Positions 54,801-64,000 of a stretch of 64,000 nt of DNA are shown here, piece by piece (position 1 is the first letter of the stretch; each line of letters opens with the position of its first letter). Source of the DNA: Bugula neritina (Eukaryota > Animalia > Bryozoa); the NCBI GenBank assembly GCA_964035545.1, contig OZ037768.1:23407319-23471318 (forward strand). Reading direction: 5' to 3'. Under the pieces are notes generated by a model. The model was not told where the DNA came from, searched no databases, and saw only the letters and a program-made list of their open reading frames with translations. Position numbers and translations under genes: made by a program.

Positions 54801-56815
54801 CAAAATGTAAGTTACATACAAGGTAAGTGTGTTTAATTATAAGGTACATAACACAGAATAAAACATACTGTTACTTCTACATACCGGCTGTGACTTACTC
54901 CTACAAGGTAAGTATTACTTACACACGTACTGTGACTTACTCCTACAAGGTAAGTATTACTTACACACGTACTGTGACTTACTCCTACAAGATAAGTATT
55001 ACCTACACAGCTGCTGTGACTTACTCCTAAAAGGTAAGTATTACTCCCACACGTACTGTGACTTACTCCTACAGGGTAAGTATTACCTACACACCTGGCT
55101 CATCATCCACTTCAAGATTCAGTAACTCAGTGAATGCATTTTTAGCAGCGTTGGTTTTGGCTTCTTTCTTAGTTTTGCCTTGACCTTGAGGAAACTCCTG
55201 CCCATCCACCGTGCAGGAGCAGGCAAATCTAAACCAACATCATTATAATAAATAAAGGAAAATAAGTGTATAATATTAATTATAAAGATACAGGGAGCAG
55301 CCGTGTTCTAGGGGTTAGAGCATTTGCATAGTAAGTACGAAGGTCATGGGTTTGAACCCCGACAAAGGCTATTGGTGATGTTAGGAAGAGCATCCAGTCA
55401 AAATTGCTCCTGTGCCCCACCCAAAATTCAACAAACCCCTTTTCAGATCTGGGTTTCTCAAGGTATATTGAGTTATTAGTTATACAGATACATTTTACAA
55501 TGGAGATTGATGGAGACGTCTGCGGAAGTGACGTGATGCACCCACCTCATGCCAAGCGCGGGGTTAATTGGAGCACACTCCTGGAAGGTGGTGGCCAGTC
55601 TGCTCATTGCCGAGTACTCCATCAGGGCGCTCACCGGGTTCTTCTCGCCGTCTATGAACCCCTGTATCAGCTCCGGGGGGATCTTCTTGGGGCGGTGGGT
55701 CTTGAGGGTCTGTGATACGACTTGCTGCATGGCTGAATACACATCAACATGTGCTAAACTTCCCCTACACTGATATAACTATAGTGCTATACTTGTAGGA
55801 CATGTGCTAAACTTCCCCTCCACTGATATAACTATAGTGCTATACTTCTAGGACATGTGCTAAACTACCCCTACACTGATATAACTATAGTGCTATACTT
55901 GTAAGACATGTGCTAAACTTCCCCTACACTGATATAACTATAGTGCTATACTTGTAGGACATGTGCTAAACTACCCCTACACTGATATAACTATAGTGCT
56001 ATACTTGTAGGACATGTGCTAAACTTCCCCTCCACTGATATAACTATAGTGCTATACTTGTAGGACATGTGCTAAACTACCCCTACACTGATATAACTAT
56101 AGTGCTATACTTGTAGGACATGTGCTAAACTTCCCCTACACTGATATAACTATAGTGATATACTTGTAGGACATGTGCTAAACTTCCCCTACACTGATAT
56201 AACTATAGTGCTACACTTGTAGGACATGTGTTAAACTACCCCTACACTGATATAACTATAGTGCTATACTTGTAGGACATGTGCTAAACTACCTCTACAC
56301 TGATATAACTATAGTGCTATACTTGTAGGACATGTGCTAAACTACCTCTACACTGATATAACTATAGTGCTATACTTGTAGGACATGTGCTAAACTTCCC
56401 CTATACTGATATAACTATAGTGCTATTCATACTCTGGTTTACCTGCGACCAACATACCTGCCCGTTCCGACTTTTTCACAGGCCGACTGAGACTCTCGCT
56501 GGCATCTCCGGCTGCTTGAGTCACATGACCCACTGGTGGCCCGACAACCGGCTCCTGGTAAGACTGGAGAGCAGCAGAACCTAGGATTATAGCAATATTA
56601 TACACTACCAGCCACTGAAGTGTTGTCCTCCATTCAACTAAATATACGCCTGCTTTCGTATATATAAATTGCAGATCTTTCCCAAGTGTTGAGAAATAGT
56701 TTATATATATTTGAATCAAACCTTTTTTTGTTGTTCTCCTTGTCTGAGAAGTACCGAGACTTGGGAAGTCATCATTTTCCAGTAAGTTTTGATTCGGGGC
56801 TCCAGTACGCCACAT
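48836..56815 (-). CDS. ADAD/ADAR-family dsRNA adenosine deaminase: 2 dsRBDs + deaminase domain (~699 aa, 15 coding exons)
   Basis: Exons 56815-56722, 56580-56458, 55732-55546, 55228-55095, 54765-54650, 54546-54431, 54298-54172, 53537-53399, 53177-53048, 52360-52202, 51399-51290, 50896-50711, 50302-50140, 49690-49622, 49082-48836 (2100 nt, open). dsRBD1 NPVSALME...GKTKKEAK, dsRBD2 NPISVLQE...GKTKKEAK; deaminase [59 protein letters not shown] and SPFRTG..ASRLCK resemble recalled ADAD1 signatures; no Z-alpha domain seen. Confidence 0.92.
49911..50122. repeat. 17-bp intronic minisatellite (~12 copies)
   Basis: Unit GTACGTGATAGTCTGCA next to the donor at 50139. Confidence 0.95.
51030..51235 (+). 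mobile_element. tRNA-derived SINE family copy
   Basis: A-box-like GGTCTAGGGGT, B-box-like GGTTCTAACCC, core TTGGTGATGTTAGGAAGAGCATCCAGTCATAATTGCTCC, tail GTGACTATAAACTTG shared with the 61119 copy. Confidence 0.8.
53597..53900. repeat. 23-bp intronic minisatellite (~13 copies)
   Basis: Unit GAGGGTATATAATGAGGGTACTA, near-identical copies. Confidence 0.95.
54888..55093. repeat. 42-bp intronic minisatellite (~5 copies)
   Basis: Unit TGTGACTTACTCCTACAAGGTAAGTATTACTTACACACGTAC, running right up to the donor at 55094. Confidence 0.9.
55297..55460 (+). mobile_element. tRNA-derived SINE family copy
   Basis: GCAGCCGTGTTCTAGGGGTTAGAGC..GGTCATGGGTTTGAACCCC head plus shared core TTGGTGATGTTAGGAAGAGCATCCAGTC. 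Confidence 0.85.
55748..56425. repeat. 53-bp intronic minisatellite (~13 copies)
   Basis: Unit ACATGTGCTAAACTWCCCCTACACTGATATAACTATAGTGCTATACTTGTAGG; occupies almost all of intron 55733-56457; no unique spacers. Confidence 0.95.
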
Positions 56816-58039
56816 ATTGTAGTAACAGCAGATCTTTCACCAGGTAATGATCTTTGCAGCCTACACAAGTTTAGCAACATTATGACTATTAAAATTACCA
56901 TAGTCCGATTGCTAACTTAATCAATCACACAATCTGAATTGAAGTGACAACCAGCGTGAATCAAATTACTTTTAGGATTACTATTAGTATTACTAGTGTT
57001 ACTACACAATTTACAGTAAGACACAATCTTCCAAAAGTCAATATTATTATCATTTTGATGATTTATCAAATATAATTGCTGTACTAAGAGTAATATAGGC
57101 ATACTTATACTAATTTTGATAATAATCACACTCATAATCATTAGTCTTGGAGTTACTTTTATAACATGATTCATCAAAATCATAATGATGATAAGACTTA
57201 TCCTTATGATTATGAATTATGATTATCAGATAAGTATAAGCAAATTTCAGGTATTATTATAAATATTATGACTTGTAACATTAAGTTTAATGGTAATAAT
57301 ACAATTCAAGATTCAGGACTTTCTTAATAATTTTAGCAATTTTAATTATTATAATTAATATAATTATCATTAACTTGAAGATACACTTAGTCTTACACTT
57401 ACTTAGACTTTCAGTTTGATTGTCACACCCACAGTGAGGGTCACCTTCACACTTAGTCTCACAGTCACAGTGATTTGAAACTCAATCACTATCAGTCAAT
57501 CATATAAAAATGAAATGATTATTATCATTACGATGAACAAAAATTATTCAATTGATATGGCTATTAAGTTTAATTATAATTTCAACATTGTCATTGTGAT
57601 TCAATCACAATAACAACTGACAAGATTATTAATCAGTGATTGGGATAAACCTAACCCTAACACTAACAGTAACATTAAACTTAAAGTAAAAGTTAAAGTT
57701 AAAGTAAACTCGACAAGATTTCTTTTTAAATTATCATCGTCACTATTACATTCTAATTATTATTCATATGATTGTAATTGTTACTCAATACTCATTCACA
57801 TTGACAATGACTAAGTCAGTGGTTGACATTGTCATTGTGATACTGATTGTGATTCAGATTGTCAATCACAATGACAATGTGAATGTGAATAAATTTAATT
57901 TTAGAAAGTAATTGAAATATTCAATTCTGATATAAAACACTAAAACACAGCACATCGGTCTACTAAAAGCTTAAAACTACTATATCAACATTTACTGTAA
58001 TACAAAAAAATTGTAAAACCGCGTGCAATAATAGAATTT

Positions 58040-58277
58040 AAAAGAATATTACCGCAAAATTTTGTAACAAATTGAAAAGTTAACACAAGTCCGGAAATTC
58101 AAAGATGCGCGTTAACTAGTTTCATAGCTGGGATCGCTAGTTATTAGCCTATTTACTTCTGGCTATAATGTATAGTTTCGAGATGAAAAACCAATCTAAC
58201 TTTAAAAATCCTACAAAAATCGCTACTATATTCCAATCGGTGAAGGTTGTAAGGTAACTTGAAGACAAAAAGCAAGC
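58040..58277. promoter_or_regulatory. Putative bidirectional promoter ADAD / NHP2
   Basis: Head-to-head genes; the ADAD ATG exon has an acceptor at 56861; candidate minus-strand donor G|GTAATA at 58052; ETS-like CCGGAA at 58091; locally raised CpG. Confidence 0.45.
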
Positions 58278-60175
58278 ATGGGTAAGAAATCTAAACACGC
58301 TGAAGTGTCAGAAGAGGTTGAAGAATCTGTTGTCACTGAAGAAAAAAATGAATTGACATATGAAGAAAAGGCAGAAAGAGCTATAGTAATTGCTCACCCT
58401 ATGGCTTCTCGAAAATTGGCTAAAAGAATTTTCAAATTGGCCCAGAAAGGTAAAACTGAAATTTAAGCCAAAGTCCTGAGACTTGTGAGTAAGAGTAAGT
58501 CAACTTCAAGTTGGCAAGTTTCAATCTTTAATAAATTTAACTTTGCATATTTAACTAAAAATTGAAACGTCTTTCTTTTTAATTTTTACTTGAACATAGT
58601 TGTGTAGTCATGATATTTATGTTGAAACATTCTTACAGTTACTTGTTTGATAATCATAATCTAGGTTCTAGACATATTCATATTGAAAATGAATATTCAA
58701 TTTGATATTAATATTCATATATATATATACTCAACTGTTACTAGTATAGTGGTTATATTTATAAAATAAAACTGAATGTAAAACTTCTAGAATAGGCTTT
58801 TAAAAAAATTAATCTCGGAGATAGCCTAGATATAACCATTACCATAAGTGTTTTTAAAAAATGTTCTTGTACTTATAGTAGTTTTAATTTCAATATGAAT
58901 TTATTTTTAAGCAAGAAGTAAAAAGGCACTGTCAACGGGTTTGAAAATCGTGGCGAAGAACCTTCGAAAGAAAATGAAAGGGTAAGTTAGCATTAATGTT
59001 TATAGAATATAGATTGTTCATTATTTTTGTTTTACTATACTTTTAATCTTTGGTTTCTGAAGTTAAAGTTTGACATTATTTGAGTTTGTAAAAGATCTAG
59101 AAAAATCATTAACTCTATTACCTGTAGTTAATGCTATTCTAGGTTTCCAAGTTTCTCTTGACTTGAAAGTAATTGTGTTTTTGTAATTTATTGAGCATCG
59201 TTTCAAAACTACCTTTATTTTTTAATTTCTCTGCAGCTTTGTGCAATGCAGCTAGATAGATGTGTGTACGTGTTGCGCTGGGCTACCTCTTGTTTTATGT
59301 CAACAGTTACGTGGTGCTGGCTGGGGACGCAGACCCTTTAGACTCAGTGTCACATTTCCCAGTGCTGTGTGAAGAAAACGACATCCCATACGTGTGGGTA
59401 CCCACTAGACGGGTGAGTTGTCCCTTCTATGCTGTACCAAGAATATTTCATGTTCCAGTTGTGGTGTGAAATGTATTTAAAGGAATAATTAGTAATTTAA
59501 GGAAGATAACCTCCCTTTAAAGCAGATGAATTGTAGTTTTATAGTTTACTAGGCGCTTCATACTTTATATAATGGTTTAGCAAATAGTCATTATGATGAA
59601 ATTATTTTTGTATTTTCCTAATGTGATATGAGTTGTCTACTTTATTCTGTCACAATAAAACATTCATCAACTTGGTCTATTGATTTGTTCCCAAGATAAT
59701 ATATTAATACTTGAAGTTTTTTTAAGGTATTGTATGACGCATATGATACCTTATCACATGGGAATTTACAAAGACAAATTTAATTTAAAATAACTAGACT
59801 TCTAATTGGCACTAGACAATATTTATTTGATTTTGTTTCTTTAATGCTGTAGTTAGCATTACTATAAAATATGGGTGCCTCTAGCAATCTGTCGCAGGCA
59901 CCAAGTGTGTTGTATAGTGGAGTAACTAGCAGCATTAATATACTGCAAGTCAGTGAAATTAGAGTGCAATAAAATATTGATTCAATAAAAATATTCTAAG
60001 CAGACATAAAATAGCTTAGTACTCTCAACATTAGCCTTTGTTACAGGATCTGGGACTAGGGGTTGGGACTGGAGCTAGCCTGTGTGCATTTATAAAGTCT
60101 GATGAATCCTATGAAGAGACCTATGATCAAGTCTATGAGAAAATAAAGAGTTTACCTCTACCACCTTCCGTGTGA
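58278..60175 (+). CDS. NHP2: H/ACA ribonucleoprotein complex subunit 2 (NHP2, L7Ae family), divergent (~158 aa, 4 exons)
   Basis: Exons 58278-58449, 58912-58981, 59307-59412, 60047-60175; IAHPMASRKLAKRIFKL, VVLAGDADPLDSVSHFPVLCEENDIPYVWVP, DLG, YEETYD..KSLPLP resemble NHP2; AATAAA at 60218. Confidence 0.9.
59841..59938 (+). other. ~98-nt imperfect RNA hairpin in NHP2 intron 3
   Basis: TTAATGCTG/CAGCATTAA, TAGTTA/TAACTA, ACTATA/TATAGT and GGTGCCT/AGGCACC nested helices joined by G-U-rich segments. Confidence 0.55.
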
Positions 60176-60867
60176 TGTCACATTTTACTGTTTTATTCTC
60201 TTATATTTTATACACATAATAAACTTTGAACTTTAACCTGTCACAAAACCTGCTGATCGCCAATATGCTGTGTAAAGTAACTCAGAAAAGATACATTAGA
60301 CTGAAAAGTTCCCAGTCAACAATAATTTCACGTAATTATAATAAAATGTAGGTAAAAATACATACAATCAGGGAACTAAATAATATACTATGAGTAGCAC
60401 CATACTAAACACAATGTTGGGGGATTATTTATCAAATATCAAAAGAAATTGCAATTTACACTTGCAAAACTTGGCCCCAGAAAAAGTGCATTATTTATAT
60501 ACAGTGTGAGCAACACTATAAAATGTATTTATAAATATATCTTCTGATTGTGTAGTCAATAACTAAACTAGCAAACTTGTTGAGCTGAAGTTGAAATAGT
60601 CTTTCAAAACACAGACTTAATTACTAGATGCAAATGCTACAAATATAATCTTACACTTTTACTAAAAATATTTTTAAGCTCTATAATAATTGGAATGCAG
60701 CAATGTCATGAAGCCTTAGTGGTTGTGCTATACTCAAGTTAATATACCAACCACGTGCCTACAGTTGAGCTGTAAACGTGTAGGAATGATAATGTAAAGA
60801 AGTTTCTAGCGCCCACGAGGATGTGTAGGTTGTCTTGTTGCAACGGGTTTGGTAAATATTTTTCAGC

Positions 60868-63350
60868 TCACGCCCGAAAGATGTGCACAGCCTTAACAAC
60901 AAACTGTCTACAGATGGGACATTCACTCATCTGTTTACCACACTTAGTGCAAGTCACCATGTGACCGCAGTTCAACAGGACGCAGTCTATAGTCGAGTCC
61001 ATGCAAATCTTGCATATCTCCCGGTCTTCTGCAGTTGGTGGCACGCCTTCCGCCAGCCCTACAATAGTGAAGTACTATACAGTGTAAACTTAGAACTTTA
61101 GTGTTCATTAAGAAGGCAGCAGCCGTGGTCTAGGGGTTAAAGCGTTTGCTTCGTGAACGTGAAGTCATGGGTTCAAACCTGACAAAGGCCACTAGTGATG
61201 TTAGGAAGAGTATTCAGTCATAATTGCTCCTGTGTCACATTTAAATAAGTCCTTAGCCCGGTCTAACAAAAACCCTTTCCATTAGGGGTTTCTCACAGGG
61301 ATAGTGACTATAAACTTGCGTGAGTGAGTGAGTGAGTGAGTTTTTTAGTGTTCTTTAAAACTGGACAGTTGTCTTAGGTTGTATGTTTTGTAGTAAAATA
61401 TTATAACCAGATGGTCAACAGGAATATAAATATCAATACACTTGAAATGTTTCAAGGGTATTCACCTCTCAAAGAGGGAAAATGTAGAGTAAGGAATTGA
61501 AAAAGTAGATCATTTTTATTCAGGTAATCTACGAAGATTGTTGGTGGTGAAACTGATTCGGCTAGGTACAGCTATGGTTTTGAAACTGTTCACTAACAGG
61601 TAATACTGACTGCCATATTGAACGATTACTGCCCTGCAGCATGTTTCACTCTCGAGTCTGACGCTAATATCTTTCCTAGACAAGCTTATAATTGCCTCTC
61701 CATAGAACAAGGAGAATAGTAAAATAGTAACATTGATTTTTCAACATTAGAGACAATCAATAATATTATTAACTAGTAACAGCGTCTCTAAAACTAATTC
61801 TATTACGCGTAGGCAGCAGCGCTGCCAGGGCTGCTTGCTGCCAAGTATATTAATAGGTATTAATCAATGTCTCAAAAAGAGCAGTATAATCACAAGTCTG
61901 TTAAGGATTTCACCCAAACCTTGGCTCACAAACTAAAGGGGAAACATTGGCATAAAGTGCATCCATTAGCTGAATTTCTATTGAACCCTCCGTGCACTTG
62001 AATAAAGTCACTTGTTATAATGTACTGACTACCAGTTCCCTCAAAGTACAAAGCATTAAATTTGCTCATGAAGTATATAGGCCAGGGTATTTGTACAATG
62101 AAAAATAAAGAGAGATATGGAGAATTGTATCTTATACAACAGTCACGTCTGAGCCGGTTATTTCCTTTTAAGTTGTAAGTCAAGCAGGTGCTCTAGGTAA
62201 CCTATGAAGGCCGTTCCACTAATGGGATTACACGTAGATACAACCTCCGTGTGGGACCCAATTATTTCCTGTTCCGGGAATATTTTTGTCAATTTCAATT
62301 CAGTATTTTCAACAATTATAATTAATCAGTTTGATTCATAGAACTGGAAGAATTTTTTGATAATAAAAAGAATAAGTCCGCCTTGCGCCATATTTTCGGT
62401 GAAGAAATGTCAACATGACAGTCAAGAGGCAAATACTTGCCTAAAAAAGGATGTAAAGTGAATTCACTGTAACTACTTCTATTGTCATCAGGTTAAGTCA
62501 CTGTAACTATGTATATTATATAGTTTCACTGTAGCTGAAATATAAATTTCAGAAGGTTTTCCAGATTTTCACTGTAGAACTTTAAAATATTTAAAGAATC
62601 AACTGATATAAGAGTTTGGGAAAATCAATGATTTCAAGTCATGTTATTATAAGAAGTAATTGCAAAACATAAAATGAGAAGCAAACTAGAACTAGCATAC
62701 TAAAGGAATTCACTGTAGCTGTAGTATTTGAGGAGTTCACTGTAGCTAAAACCCACCTGGAGGATTGAGTAGTTCTTCGTAGAGCTTCTGATTGGCTTTC
62801 CTTGACTGCCACAACATCTTCACCTTATCAACCAGTTCATACTTCTCCTTGCAGCCTTTATAGTCGACTAAGTTACGTACTAGAATAGTCTTCAGCTGTT
62901 TCACTGAGAGGCTCTCCAATTCGCTGTCGGAGTCGAAATCCGTGACGGAAATCTTACTGGGGTCGGGAGTCTGAAATACATAATATATGTCAGAACACCA
63001 CAACTCCAAGTCACCGAATATTACAAAACTGATACAATACAACATAACAGCCATTGAAACTCTCCACGATATTACTTGCATACAACATTAATTGAACAAA
63101 ACATCTCAACATAAGTCAATATTCTATGAACATTTACAAGAAAGCATTTGCTTTTAGTGAAGCGTTTCCATAAAGACATTGTGATGTCATGATGTAGACT
63201 CAGTACCAGTTTAGATTCAGAGTCTGCGGTTCGAGAGAGTATAGAGGCCTCCCGACTTTGGTCCCCGGATGTGAGTACAGGATGGTCAGCTCGTGAGTCG
63301 ATCACTGGAGGGTGGTCAGGTGAGTCGGCAGGGTGAACTCTCTGATTCGA
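60868..63350 (-). CDS. RNF34: E3 ubiquitin ligase RNF34/RFFL (CARP) family, 3' part; 5' exons not identified, probably beyond window end
   Basis: Exons 63350-63207, 62970-62757 (SAP-like [30 protein letters not shown]), 61058-60868 ([52 protein letters not shown]). An invertebrate gene would be co-orthologous to RNF34 and RFFL. Confidence 0.92.
61119..61341 (+). mobile_element. tRNA-derived SINE family copy, most complete, with (TGAG)n tail
   Basis: A box TGGTCTAGGGGT, B box GGTTCAAACC, core GTGATGTTAGGAAGAG, 3' GTGACTATAAACTTGCG(TGAG)5 tail. Confidence 0.85.
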
Positions 63351-64000
63351 CTACAACACCAAACATATGCTGTTCTTAGACTATATTCTCTCAACAGGGT
63401 AGAAGGAATGGCAGGGTGTATGTGAAGGACAGGGTAGAAGGACAGGGTTCATATGAAGGGGAGGGTAGAAGGACATGGTTTATATGAGAGAAAAAGTAAA
63501 TCTACTCCAACAATGAACTATGATATGATATAACCAATTTTAGTTCTGGTGTATTTCGGTCATGAAAATCTCCTGGAGTCTGCAATGTTTCTGATTAAAA
63601 GACCTGTTAGGTAGTCACCATAACTATCTAACTTTTCACTACTAACCCTCTTTCCCCACCTCAACATAATTTTGTATTGAGAACATTATGTACAGTTTAA
63701 ACGTAGCACCAAAATTAATTACAAATTATTTTATGATGAATTACTATATCAATTTGAATATTACAGAAATAAAACCATGTAAATATTAAAGTCACAGCAC
63801 CAGAAATTAAATGTTTTCCTATCTTTTGTGAGAGTTGACTGAGTTCACTTCTAACCAGAGCAACCTGAAGACATCCTCTGAAAAGAAGTTATACAGGATT
63901 CTAAATCCCCATTCAGTAATTCTCTCACAGTTTGAGATTTACTACTCTGAACAACATAGTGTGCACAGCAAAACATACTTCAATGTAGGAATATCTAGCA

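Noticed and set aside
55748-56425. 53-bp array as a CRISPR array
   Set aside because: Head-to-tail units with no unique spacers, inside a spliceosomal intron, no cas genes; the same applies to the other arrays.
57648-57668. CCTAACCCTAA as a telomeric repeat
   Set aside because: Only about two units within low-complexity intron DNA.
61119-61185. SINE head as a tRNA gene
   Set aside because: No complete cloverleaf or acceptor stem; continues into the shared SINE core in every copy.

Overview
AT-rich, intron-rich animal (invertebrate-like) genomic DNA; nothing prokaryotic and no CRISPR. By splicing exons manually (GT/GC-AG sites, phase-checked) I recover seven protein-coding genes. (1) A 2-exon stand-alone NHL/beta-propeller-like gene (9.1-10.6 kb, +). 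(2) A secreted ~295-aa Gly/Asn protein built from 19 GNxNGNxN repeats, with a TATA promoter (17.6-19.5 kb, +). (3) A ~34-exon, ~1730-aa DNAAF8/C16orf71(Daap1)-like gene with several C-terminal NDK-like repeats (20.7-43.7 kb, -), head-to-head with (4) PSMA2 (44.7-47.4 kb, +). (5) A 15-exon, ~699-aa ADAD-type adenosine-deaminase gene with two dsRBDs and an apparently intact ADAR catalytic centre (48.8-56.8 kb, -), head-to-head with (6) a divergent NHP2 (58.3-60.2 kb, +). (7) The 3' part of RNF34/RFFL (60.9 kb to window end, -). Non-coding DNA holds hAT-type non-autonomous transposons with TIRs and 8-bp TSDs (one nested), a tRNA-derived SINE family, a MITE-like inverted repeat, a near-canonical hammerhead ribozyme motif, and many micro/minisatellites that often fill introns. 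Best leads: the putatively active ADAD editase, the Asn-ladder repeat secreted protein, the G-U-rich hairpin in the intron of the divergent NHP2, and the hammerhead remnant. All family assignments are from recalled motifs, not database searches.
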